DNA of 63,976 nt, the filler included, from a bacterium (lineage in GTDB: Bacteria; JALSQH01): NCBI GenBank assembly GCA_027004335.1. It is 10 parts of 10 records of this genome, joined end to end, with 100 filler letters (N's around TTAATTAATTAA, not from the genome) between each part and the next. Parts side by side here need not be neighbours in the genome. Positions count along the whole stretch, not along the records: positions 1 to 4,129 come from JALTID010000078.1; positions 4,230 to 8,352 come from JALTID010000079.1; positions 8,453 to 12,550 come from JALTID010000080.1; 7 more parts are not named here. One strand, given 5' to 3'. The notes below the pieces were generated by a model. It did not search any database. It was not told the DNA's origin and saw nothing but the letters and a program-made list of their open reading frames with translations. Made by a program: the position numbers and the translations under genes. This document shows, piece after piece, positions 1 through 9,134 of the stretch; the stretch's first letter is position 1, and the number at the start of each line of letters is the position of its first letter.

Positions 1-2
1 AT

Positions 3-761
3 CCTGTTTTCAAAAGAGTATCTTAACTCTTCATCATGGATATTAGGTATGATTTGATTTTTAATCCTGAAAAGTTCTATAATATTCTTCTGGAGATCAT
101 CAAGATCATCCGTCGTTATTTTTATTTCTTTTATCCTATTGGCTTCTTTTTCCTCTGATTGTTTTAGTTCAACTATTTTTACTCCAATAATTCCAGGCGT
201 ATTTTGTATAAGATTTTCTAATATGCTTGGAACTCCTTTAAATTCTATTGATAAAGGGTTTTTAAAAACCCCCTTTTTAATATTTTTAAGTGATTGGTTA
301 GATTTGATGATTTCTACCTTTGAAGAAATATCCCTGAGAAGAGAGAAGGCTCTGGCTTTTATCATCGGGGTATCTGAAGAGATAAATATTTCCATTCGGT
401 ATTTTCCTTCCTTAGAGAGTGAAATGTTTAGGGGAGCCTCTTCCCCCTCTCCCTCTTTGGTTTCTTTTGTTGCTGCAAAAACATTGATGATTTCTTCTAT
501 TTTTTTGAGGAGGGTTAATATGTTGTTTTTATTTGATATGAAATTATCCAGATTATTCATGTACTTTTCAATCTCGTGGGAAATATTTGTAATTTCCTGA
601 AGGCCTATAGTACCTCCCATTCCTTTTAGAGAATGGACGAGACGGAAAGCTTCTTTTAACTCTTTCTCACCAATCTCTTCAAGAGCTAAAATTGACTTCA
701 AAGTATCTACATGTTCTCTACTCTCCTCCAGAAAAAGCTTCTTAAGTTTACTACTACTCAT
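3..761 (-). CDS. cheA: Chemotaxis histidine kinase CheA (DifE-like), 5' part; runs off the window edge
   Basis: Not in the ORF track. Hand translation from ATG 761 gives MSSSKLKKLFLEESREHVDTL...EAFRLVHSLKGMGGTIG (Hpt domain with HSLKG), then P2-like and dimerisation-like segments. Overlaps the cheY stop. Confidence 0.9.
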   Translation of the reverse strand, partial: MSSSKLKKLFLEESREHVDTLKSILALEEIGEKELKEAFRLVHSLKGMGGTIGLQEITNISHEIEKYMNNLDNFISNKNNILTLLKKIEEIINVFAATKETKEGEGEEAPLNISLSKEGKYRMEIFISSDTPMIKARAFSLLRDISSKVEIIKSNQSLKNIKKGVFKNPLSIEFKGVPSILENLIQNTPGIIGVKIVELKQSEEKEANRIKEIKITTDDLDDLQKNIIELFRIKNQIIPNIHDEELRYSFENR

Positions 762-1119
762 TAAATATTTTTTTTACTGCTTTTTTTATTTCTATTTTTG
801 TGAACGGCTTCACTACAAATTCAGCGGCACCATTTTCAAGTGCCTCTATAATCACATTTTCCTGACCAAGAGTTGTTATTATAATTACTTTTGCATCAGG
901 ATCAGTTTCTATTATTTCTCTCAGTGCATCAGTACCGCTTTTCCCCGGCATAACAATGTCCATTGTTACTAAATCAGGTTTTAGTTCCCGATAAAGATTA
1001 ACAGCAGAGTCACCATCAGAAGCCTCACCTGCAAACTCAAATCCCAGTTCTTTGAATATTTCCTTTAATTTTTCACGAATTATTCTAATATCATCTACGA
1101 TTAAAACCCTTTTCTTCAT
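754..1119 (-). CDS. cheY: Single-domain response regulator, CheY/DifD-like
   Basis: VLIVDD, phospho-acceptor Asp in TMDIVMPG, KPF; lies between the CheW-like gene and cheA. Confidence 0.9.
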   Translation of the reverse strand: MKKRVLIVDDIRIIREKLKEIFKELGFEFAGEASDGDSAVNLYRELKPDLVTMDIVMPGKSGTDALREIIETDPDAKVIIITTLGQENVIIEALENGAAEFVVKPFTKIEIKKAVKKIFNE

Positions 1120-1489
1120 ATTCTCTTTCCACTTTTTTTAAAATTTCCTCTGCAAAGATTATCGTATATTTCCTTTTTCCATAGTGTATCACTTTTTTAC
1201 TCTTTTTTTCAAATTTGCTGATCTTCATCCTTTTTTCAACACCTCCAACTGGTATGGCAAGATTATTTCCTGTAAGTACCACAATGGAAAAATGAGGAGT
1301 ATCTATATTTAGGAAAGAGCCAGGCAGGATAAAGAAAATTTCATTCTGATAAACTATTGCGTAGTCCTCACTAATTTTTTCTGAAAATGGGATCTTAACT
1401 GTTTGTTTTTTTTCTATTATAGCTCTGATTTCTTTTACAGGAAGAGCAATGCCTTTACTTTGATCCAGAGAGAAAAGATAAAATTCCAT
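1091..1489 (-). CDS. Divergent CheW-like coupling protein (DifC-like)
   Basis: 132 aa; ALPVKEIRAII and AIPVGGV resemble CheW strands; positioned between MCP and CheY. Confidence 0.6.
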   Translation of the reverse strand: MEFYLFSLDQSKGIALPVKEIRAIIEKKQTVKIPFSEKISEDYAIVYQNEIFFILPGSFLNIDTPHFSIVVLTGNNLAIPVGGVEKRMKISKFEKKSKKVIHYGKRKYTIIFAEEILKKVEREYEEKGFNRR

Positions 1490-2755
1490 TTAAACCTTAA
1501 ATCTACTTGTTAATTCTGTAAGTTTTAATGTTTGTGAATTGAGGTTCTTAACCTCTTCATATATTTTTGAAAGGTGCTCGTTTTCATATATGATCCCCGT
1601 TGAAATTTCATTTAAAGAGAATGTTGTTTGCTCAGCTATGTTTGAGGTTTCTTTTAGCTTATCGGTAATTTCCCCTATTATCTTTTCTTCGGAAAGAATT
1701 GATACTCCTATCTCTTTTATGTTTGCTGTAAGAGTGTCTATATTTCCCGAAATTTCTCCGATCTCCTGATAAGTTCTGTCAATATTTTCTTCCCCTGCTT
1801 TAACATTTGCAGAAACTTCTTTCACACTTCCTCTCACAGTTGAACTTTGAGTTTTTATTTCTTCCAGAATTCTGGTGATGTTTTGAGTTGACTTTTTTGC
1901 ACTTTCAGCAAGGTGCCTTATTTCTTCTGCAATAACAGAAATCCCTTCTCCATACTCGCCTGCTTTTGTAGCTTCAATTGCTGCATTTACAGCGAGGATG
2001 TCTGTTTTCCTCGTAACTTCTTCCAGAATCTCTATAAGTTCTTCTGTTTCCTGCACTTTTTCAATTAAATTGATAACTGCTGAGCTTGAACTTTCCATTT
2101 GGATAAGGACTCTTTTGAGTTGGTCTATTGTTGTCTCTATGCCGCTTAAACTTAGTTTTGATTTTTCTCCTATTCTGTCAGATAAATCCATAGTCCCCGT
2201 TACTTTGTTACTATTTTCTCTTATGTTTGCTTCAATTATGTTCAATGACTCAAGAATGTTGTCAAATATCACGAGTTGTTCTTCTGCTTTTTTAACCATG
2301 TTGGCCGTTGAGGTTTGTATCTCCTCTGCGATAGATGAGATATTTTCCGTTGAAGATAATATTTCCCCTGACATCTTCCCCACATGAAAAGATATCTGCT
2401 GGATTCCCTGGATCATTTCCTGCATAGAAGTTTTCATCTTTATGAGGGAGTGGAATAACCCTCTTATTTCGTCATCAAAGATTCTTTTAAAATGGGGAGA
2501 GAAAGAAAGATCACCATTGCTTATCTTTTTTGTAAGAAGTTCAAGTTGTGAAATTGCCTTATCATATGAGCGAGATATAAGTATTCCTATTATGAGTCCC
2601 ACTGTAATTGCTATTGCATTGGATATAATAGGATTGTACCAGAGGCCAGGATTTATAAGATCAGCAAGCTGGAACCCTCCTATTGCGCTAAGAATAACCA
2701 CGAGAAAAGAAAAAATAAATTGGAATCCTACATTAAACTTAAATTTTGTCTCCAT
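1490..2755 (-). CDS. Methyl-accepting chemotaxis protein without a periplasmic sensor domain (DifA-like)
   Basis: Two N-terminal TM helices with a loop of about 10 aa, HAMP (GDLS...DEI), signalling hairpin ILAVNAAIEATKAGEYG. Confidence 0.9.
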   Translation of the reverse strand: METKFKFNVGFQFIFSFLVVILSAIGGFQLADLINPGLWYNPIISNAIAITVGLIIGILISRSYDKAISQLELLTKKISNGDLSFSPHFKRIFDDEIRGLFHSLIKMKTSMQEMIQGIQQISFHVGKMSGEILSSTENISSIAEEIQTSTANMVKKAEEQLVIFDNILESLNIIEANIRENSNKVTGTMDLSDRIGEKSKLSLSGIETTIDQLKRVLIQMESSSSAVINLIEKVQETEELIEILEEVTRKTDILAVNAAIEATKAGEYGEGISVIAEEIRHLAESAKKSTQNITRILEEIKTQSSTVRGSVKEVSANVKAGEENIDRTYQEIGEISGNIDTLTANIKEIGVSILSEEKIIGEITDKLKETSNIAEQTTFSLNEISTGIIYENEHLSKIYEEVKNLNSQTLKLTELTSRFKV

Positions 2756-2775
2756 CTTATTCTCCTCTTTACTTA

Positions 2776-2828
2776 ATTATAACTATCTTTTTCTTGTGTT
2801 TGCAAAAAAAATAGTAATGTAATAGAAT
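2776..2828. promoter_or_regulatory. Putative back-to-back sigma70 promoters sharing a TTGCAA -35
   Basis: ATTATA (2776-81), N18, TTGCAA (2800-05), N17, TAGAAT (2823-28), between divergent genes. Confidence 0.5.
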
Positions 2829-2847
2829 CAAAAACAGGGAGGAAGCA

Positions 2848-3171
2848 ATGAAAACTTATTTTTTCTGTGAGGAAATTAATTACAGAAATCTTAGATTTGA
2901 TACAAGGAGTTATTCTTTAAATCAGTATTTAGTTCTTGAAAAAGAAGGGGAAAAATATGGGGTTAGGGTTACCAGCATAAAATACAACAGTGATGGAAGT
3001 AGAGAAATTTGGCTTGCTCTGGAGAAGGATCACACAAAGAAAAGATATAACAGAAGATTACCCCTTGAAGTAAATGTGCCTGCCCCTTCATGGATTGAAG
3101 GTTTAATCAAAGACATAGAGGGAAAAGCTGGAAGGGTTTATTGGAGAAGGAGAAAAAAAAGGAGATTTTAG
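2848..3171 (+). CDS. Hypothetical protein with a basic C-terminus
   Basis: 107 aa ORF with GGAGG RBS; no family recognised. Confidence 0.6.
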   Translation: MKTYFFCEEINYRNLRFDTRSYSLNQYLVLEKEGEKYGVRVTSIKYNSDGSREIWLALEKDHTKKRYNRRLPLEVNVPAPSWIEGLIKDIEGKAGRVYWRRRKKRRF

Positions 3172-3174
3172 TAC

Positions 3175-3203
3175 TTGACAAAAATAAAAAAGTGTTATAA
3201 AAA
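3175..3203 (+). promoter_or_regulatory. Putative sigma70 promoter
   Basis: TTGACA at 3175 followed by TGtTATAAA; spacing is imperfect. Confidence 0.4.
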
Positions 3204-3229
3204 TAATTAAACGGAAGAGCAGGTGGAAT

Positions 3230-3451
3230 ATGGTTAATAGGTTAAAGGACCTGGAAAGAAGAGATGTTATTGTTTATTCAATGGGAGTCACCTACAGGGG
3301 GATTTTAATTGAGGTGAATGAAACGGAGGTGTATTTGAGAACCCAGAATGGATGGATAACCATTCCTATGGATAGAATTGCTAAGATAGCTCCTGCTCCC
3401 GAGGAGAGGGATTTCACTGGTAAAAGTCGAAAGGATGAGTTTCCTGGATAA
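3230..3451 (+). CDS. Small protein, possible Sm/LSm-like beta-barrel
   Basis: 73 aa; short helix, then V-x-V...GVTYRGILIEVNETEVYL...ITIPMDRIAKI pattern. Confidence 0.5.
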   Translation: MVNRLKDLERRDVIVYSMGVTYRGILIEVNETEVYLRTQNGWITIPMDRIAKIAPAPEERDFTGKSRKDEFPG

Positions 3452-4129
3452 GTGAAAGGGATTCTTGGGGCTTGTTCTACTCCTAATTGTATAGCTCTCA
3501 GAAGGAGAATCATAAAAAAAGCTGGACAGGCAACAAGGAAATTTAAGTTAGTTGAAAATGGAGATAGAATCCTGATCGGTTTTTCCGGGGGGAAGGATAG
3601 TTTTATTCTTCTTGAGTATCTTTTGAATTTCCAGAAAAGTTCCCCGATGGAATTTTTGCTTTATCCTGCAATAATTGATATGGATTTTTCTGCTCCTGAA
3701 ATTGAGAAGCTTCGGGAGAGATTAAAATTAGCTGGAGTTGAACTTGAGGTAATTCCTTCTAAGATACCATCTATCGTCTCCCAAAAAATGAAGGTTCATA
3801 AAAATGCCTGTGTCCTCTGTTCAAGGTTGAGAAGAGGATTGCTTTACTCTTATGCGAGGAAGAAGGGATTTAACAAGGTTGCTCTCGGGCATAATGCTGA
3901 TGATGTTATTGAAACCCTTCTTTTAAATCTTTTTTATAATGGAAAGATTAAGGGGATGTCTCCCAATTTTCTCAATGATGATGGGGATCTTCGCGTAATA
4001 AGGCCCCTTTATTATGTTTTTGAGAGGGAAATCGCAGAGTTAAGTAGGGAGTTAAAGTTTCCTTTGATTTCCAATCCATGTCCTCTCCAGGAGTATAGAG
4101 GTTCCTATCGGGAGAGAATAAAAAAATTC
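3452..4129 (+). CDS. ttcA: tRNA 2-thiocytidine biosynthesis protein, TtcA family (3' end cut by contig end)
   Basis: PP-loop SGGKDS, CVLCSRLRRG, ALGHNADD, IRPL. Confidence 0.85.
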
Positions 4130-4229
4130 NNNNNNNNNNNNNNNNNNNNNNNNNNNNNNNNNNNNNNNNNNNNTTAATTAATTAANNNNNNNNNNNNNNN
4201 NNNNNNNNNNNNNNNNNNNNNNNNNNNNN
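4130..4229. other. Artificial contig linker
   Basis: N-run, TTAATTAATTAA (stop in all six frames), N-run; 100 nt. Confidence 0.98.
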
Positions 4230-4545
4230 GTATTTTTTCTGCGCTTTGTCCAACACAACACTCCATACAGACTTTCTGTTTTCATCCAATATGCGTAAGG
4301 TACACCCTTGCATCCGCGCTTCAAACCACGGACGATTATAAATAATAATTTTTGTGAGTGTACACGTTGTTTTCAAATCCATCTCCCACCAGTCTTCCGA
4401 TCCTCCTTCGGTATGAGAAAAGGTATCGTATTTACCATCAATTGCATTTGAAGCAGGATAGGCATTTTCCCATAATCCCGTATTCTGGGTAGCTGTTGCC
4501 GAAGTGCTCAATTTTTCTTCTGTTTTTGTAGTAAAAGCTTGATGA
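4230..4545 (-). CDS. Fragment of an F-type lectin / F5/8 type C (discoidin-fold) domain protein, foreign to the glmM context
   Basis: ASNAIDG...SHT...WWEMDL...IIIYNR signature; no proper start or RBS; junction coordinate approximate. Confidence 0.6.
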
Positions 4546-5673
4546 TAGTTGAGGCAATTTTATCAGAACTCTTTTTAGTTCAGAGAGAGGCCTCCCTGAA
4601 CTCTTCATCAGTGCTAAGACCTGAAGAGCAGTTAAAATCCCATCTCCAGTGGTTGAAAATCTGGAGAAAATTATATGTCCAGAACTTTCTCCCCCAAGAA
4701 TGTATCCCTCTTTTCTCATTACTTCAGCAACATACCTATCACCTACCTGGGTTCTGACTAAATTACCTCCCATAGCTTCTAAAAGCATCTCAAGACCACC
4801 ATTGGTCATCACTGTTCCAACCACAGTATTTTTTGCAAGTTCCCCCTTTTCCAGAAGCCATTTTCCTAAAATTGCGAGGATGTGATCTCCATCAACCTCT
4901 TCACCTTTTTCATCAATCAGTATCACTCTATCACCATCGCCATCAAAAGAGATACCAATATCGGAAGAGGTATCTTTAACAAGCTTTGAAATAGTCTCAG
5001 GGTGAAGAGCTCCCACTCCATCGTTTATATTTAACCCGTTGGGGGAAACACCGATGGGAACTACATTTGCTCCTAATTCTGAAAAAACTGCAGGTGCAAT
5101 TTTATAGGTTGCTCCATTGGCGCAGTCAATCGCAACTTTCATGTGTTCAAGAGTTAGATCAAGTGGGAATGTGGATTTAAGAAAGACAATATACCTCCCT
5201 CTTGCATCACTTACTCTGTAGGCCTTTCCCAGATCAGAGGACCTTACCCTGAAATTGTCAATTCCATCAGTATCTTCCATGATAGATTCTATTTTTTCCT
5301 CAATTTCATCCGGGAGCTTGAATCCGCTTCTGTCAAAAAACTTGATCCCATTATCATGGAATGGGTTGTGGGAAGCGGATATAACAATCCCCGCATCAGC
5401 TCTCATACTTCCCGTTAAGAAGGCTATCCCTGGTGTCGGAAATGGTCCTGTCAGTAGAACATCACCTCCCATGGAAATTATTCCTGATGTCATGGCTGTT
5501 TCAAGCATATATCCAGAAATTCTCGTATCTTTTCCAACAATAAATTTATGTCTTTTGCTCCTGTTTCTGAAGTGGATTGCTGCAGCCATTCCAAGTTTCA
5601 TGGCAACTTCAGGAACTATGGGATACTGGTTAGCTTTTCCCCGAATACCGTCAGTTCCAAAGAGTTTTCTCAT
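4438..5673 (-). CDS. glmM: Phosphoglucosamine mutase with an aberrant C-terminus after ...KLPQ
   Basis: FGTDGIRG, SASHNP, DGDGDR, GGESSGH; the C-terminal domain is missing. Confidence 0.95.
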   Translation of the reverse strand: MRKLFGTDGIRGKANQYPIVPEVAMKLGMAAAIHFRNRSKRHKFIVGKDTRISGYMLETAMTSGIISMGGDVLLTGPFPTPGIAFLTGSMRADAGIVISASHNPFHDNGIKFFDRSGFKLPDEIEEKIESIMEDTDGIDNFRVRSSDLGKAYRVSDARGRYIVFLKSTFPLDLTLEHMKVAIDCANGATYKIAPAVFSELGANVVPIGVSPNGLNINDGVGALHPETISKLVKDTSSDIGISFDGDGDRVILIDEKGEEVDGDHILAILGKWLLEKGELAKNTVVGTVMTNGGLEMLLEAMGGNLVRTQVGDRYVAEVMRKEGYILGGESSGHIIFSRFSTTGDGILTALQVLALMKSSGRPLSELKRVLIKLPQLSSSFYYKNRRKIEHFGNSYPEYGIMGKCLSCFKCN

Positions 5674-7697
5674 TTTTTTCCTCCCTTATTTTCCAGTAGT
5701 CCCCTGAGATTTTCACGCCCGAGTATATAATTTAGCAGAGAAGGATATTTTTTCAAAATTTTTGTCATCTCCGCATAGGCTGCTTTCTTCCCCTCTTCTT
5801 TCCACACTGCCATTATATATTTTTCAAGGTGAGAAGGGTCGGGTCTTTTTGCTAATATCATTTTGAGATCCTGGAGAGGAGAGAGGTTTAATTTTTCATC
5901 AATCCGGAGGTTCATCATGTAAAATTCCACAGGCAGTGAATTACTTGTTGCTCTGAGCTTATCGGAGAGATTTTTTGCCTTTATCCATTCCCTCTTTGCG
6001 ATAAAAACAGCAATCTTATCAAGTCGGGTAAAGATGTTTTGGGGATAAAATTTTTCTGCAAGTTCAAGATACTTCTCTGCCATAGGGATATCCATGGTAT
6101 CCAGAGAAGTTGCTATTACAAGATGAAGTGGTTGAAATTCCACAGGTGTTTTTATCAGCTCAAGGTATTTAACCAACCATTTTCTTCCCTCTCTTTTCTC
6201 TCCCATTTTTAAATAGAGAATTCCGAGCATCCGATAGGGTTGCGGCTCATATGGCGAGATTGATATGGCCTTTTTAAGATCCCTTATTGCTCCTTTAAAC
6301 ATCTTGAGATTGGCCCTGCAGACTGCTCTGTTGTAGAAGTAATTAGGTTCTCTGGAAAAATTCTCAATGGCTGTGGTAAATTCCTTCTCACCGGCAGACC
6401 AGTGTCTTCGGATGATCTCTGTAATACCATTTCTTGAGTGATACTCTGCAATTGAAATCCGAAAGAGAAAAAAAGAATAGAACAGGAAAATGGCACCAAG
6501 AACATATTTAAAAATTTTGCTTTTATAAAATTTGGTTTCTCTGTTAGCGGTAAAGCTTCCAAAAAAGAAGAGCGAGAGGAGGAAGAGGGTGCCTGGTAAA
6601 TGGAAGGGGAAGGAGAAAAGAGCTATTGTGAAGAGGGCTGTAACCGGGTAAATTTCAGGTCTTCTGGTATTTTTTTTGAGAAAGAAGTAGAGAAGGAGTA
6701 TTAGAATCACAAGGAAAAGAATGGAGGATTCAAGTGAAAACTCAATATACTCATTATGGGCGTGTTGAATTATTATGTCTCCTCTGTTAACCATTCCCTG
6801 GAGATAGCGGTCAATATATTTCCATATTTCAAATCTGAAATCCCCTGCTCCCATCCCCCATGGCTGCTTTAAGTATGCAACAATTGATGCCTTCCACAGA
6901 TGAATACGGTAACCAATTGAAGGGTCTCGCAGACTAAAATGAGAGTGTAGTATCCTATCAAGATACTTCCAGAAGCCTGTGGCAAAAATTAAGACAATGG
7001 CCGCACCAACTGAAGACAGAACTGCGATTTTATACCTGCGGCTGATCATAATCAACCATAATAGAATGAGAGCGGCTAATGCCACCATAGCAGCTCTGTT
7101 TCGTGCGATCACAAGATAATAGAGAAGAGGGATAGAGACCAGAGTTGCTGAAATTGCTGCATAAATTTTTTTAGAAAAAGATGCAATTGATAAATAGATG
7201 AGAAAAGGAAGCACCGCTACCAGGTAGTGTGCGCTAAAATTGGAAAGACCAAAGGTGCTGCTGGGATCAATTTTTCCATATCTATCCACAGGAACAGGCA
7301 TATATCTGTAAAACTGGAGAATTCCTATTATTGCTACGATAATTGCAGAAATGGCAAAGGATGTAAGAAGGATGAGGTTTTTGCTTTTAATATTTTCCAG
7401 ATCATTATAAAAATAAAGGGGAAAAAGGGTGGCCATCCAGAAGATAGCTGAAATATGCAAGCCCCAGATGGGGTGTGAGGAAAAAATGGTAGAAATTGTA
7501 ATGAGGAGAGGAATAAAAAGAACAAAAAGGTATTCTTTTCGGGGAAGAGGAGTTTCATCTGAAATGAGTATCACAATTGAAAAAATTAAAGCCCAGAGAA
7601 AAAATTTTGGATAGATATATTCCTTTCCTATATGTAATAGAGGTAACAGGAGAATTAATAAAAGAAAAAGCCCAATCCGAAGATTCTTTTTTTTCAA
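5670..7697 (-). CDS. O-antigen ligase / O-oligosaccharyltransferase family membrane protein with C-terminal TPRs
   Basis: Many TM helices, STFGLSNF, RIHLW...GMGAGDF, HAHNEY (Wzy_C), TPR-like helices after about aa 420. Confidence 0.8.
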   Translation of the reverse strand: MKKKNLRIGLFLLLILLLPLLHIGKEYIYPKFFLWALIFSIVILISDETPLPRKEYLFVLFIPLLITISTIFSSHPIWGLHISAIFWMATLFPLYFYNDLENIKSKNLILLTSFAISAIIVAIIGILQFYRYMPVPVDRYGKIDPSSTFGLSNFSAHYLVAVLPFLIYLSIASFSKKIYAAISATLVSIPLLYYLVIARNRAAMVALAALILLWLIMISRRYKIAVLSSVGAAIVLIFATGFWKYLDRILHSHFSLRDPSIGYRIHLWKASIVAYLKQPWGMGAGDFRFEIWKYIDRYLQGMVNRGDIIIQHAHNEYIEFSLESSILFLVILILLLYFFLKKNTRRPEIYPVTALFTIALFSFPFHLPGTLFLLSLFFFGSFTANRETKFYKSKIFKYVLGAIFLFYSFFLFRISIAEYHSRNGITEIIRRHWSAGEKEFTTAIENFSREPNYFYNRAVCRANLKMFKGAIRDLKKAISISPYEPQPYRMLGILYLKMGEKREGRKWLVKYLELIKTPVEFQPLHLVIATSLDTMDIPMAEKYLELAEKFYPQNIFTRLDKIAVFIAKREWIKAKNLSDKLRATSNSLPVEFYMMNLRIDEKLNLSPLQDLKMILAKRPDPSHLEKYIMAVWKEEGKKAAYAEMTKILKKYPSLLNYILGRENLRGLLENKGGKK

Positions 7698-8352
7698 TGA
7701 ATAATCACCTCTGCGTAAAGTGGAGACATTTCAACTAATTTTGTCCCGGGAGGGAGATCCACTTCAATTTTTGCTTTTCTTTTACCTTTTTTGAAGCCCG
7801 AAATATTTATATAGGCGTGTATACCAGAGGGGGTGAGCTTACCAAGGGTGGTCTGGGGACCGTAGAGTTTAAGGCTGACAAGTTTTGTTATAAGAATATA
7901 TTTTTTCTTACCAAAAACTTCCACAGGGATGTTTTTAAAATCCTTAAGGATCATCTTCTTGGCCACTGAAATTGTTACTCTTACCACTCTTGTTGTTATT
8001 TCGGTAAGGGTGAGATTTCCCACATCAAGCTCCACATCAAGGGCCTCTGATGATGTTATCTGAGAAAGGTCAATAAATTCGGTATAGATGTATCTCAAAT
8101 TTTTAAGCTGGGAGGCTGCTCCAGTTAATTTAATGAAAACGGGTTCAACACCTATTCTTCTTAATTCCAGCCCCGGAGGGAGAAGCCCTTTCGTTCTTGT
8201 TCTTACTGAGATCTTGCGGGTTATTAATTTATCAATATTTATTTCAACTTCTGAAGGAATAATCCGGATAATTTCAACTCCGGGTGGAAGGTCAATTCTT
8301 GATGGTGAGATTTTTATAAGAACTGTCCCCGGCCTAGATCCTCCCATACTTA
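7694..8352 (-). CDS. YbbR/CdaR family protein (5' end cut)
   Basis: Repeated YbbR modules (LPPGV...I-x-P; V-x-L-x-G; TE-x-ID); upstream of glmM. Confidence 0.8.
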
Positions 8353-8452
8353 NNNNNNNNNNNNNNNNNNNNNNNNNNNNNNNNNNNNNNNNNNNNTTAA
8401 TTAATTAANNNNNNNNNNNNNNNNNNNNNNNNNNNNNNNNNNNNNNNNNNNN
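8353..8452. other. Artificial contig linker
   Basis: N-TTAATTAATTAA-N. Confidence 0.98.
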
Positions 8453-9134
8453 TTTTTAAACCTGCTTTATATGCTGGAGAGCCCGAAATCACCTTAAAAA
8501 TTTGTGGAGACTTAGGAGGAAAAAGTCCAATATCATAAATCCCGGCATTTAATGGCACCTTCATTTTAATAGAAAAAAACTTGTTATTTCTTTTTATCTT
8601 AAGGTCAACTTCTTTCCCTGCACCAAGGGATAGCTGGTTAATAAGATCACTCCATCTGCTTACTTCCTTATTATTTACATCAACAATCAAATCACCGGAT
8701 AATATCCCCGCTTTTTTAGCCGGGGTATCATCAGCCACATACCCAATAATAGGGGATTTATCAAGATATGCCGGGCTCTTGACACCAACCATGTATGCCA
8801 TGGGCAAAAATATAAGAGCAAAAAGAAGATTCATAATCGGTCCGGCAGAAACCACAGCAGTTCTTATTCTCACAGGCTTATTGGAGAACGCCCTGGGATC
8901 ATCTCCAACAGACTCATGGGGATCTTCACCGAACATTTTTACATAACCACCTAAGGGCACGATACTTACCCTATAATCCGTTTCTCCCCATTTAAATCCT
9001 GTCAATCTGGGACCAAACCCAAGAGAAAAAACTTCAACTTTTATTCCGCTTAACTTGGCAACAATAAAATGGCCAAATTCATGAATAAAAACAAGTATCC
9101 CCAGAACTACGATAAAGCCAATTAGAGAGCTCAT
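8453..9134 (-). CDS. rseP: RIP metalloprotease RseP (3' end cut)
   Basis: HEFGH, PLGGYVKM, AGPIMN, PDZ domain; follows dxr. Confidence 0.95.
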
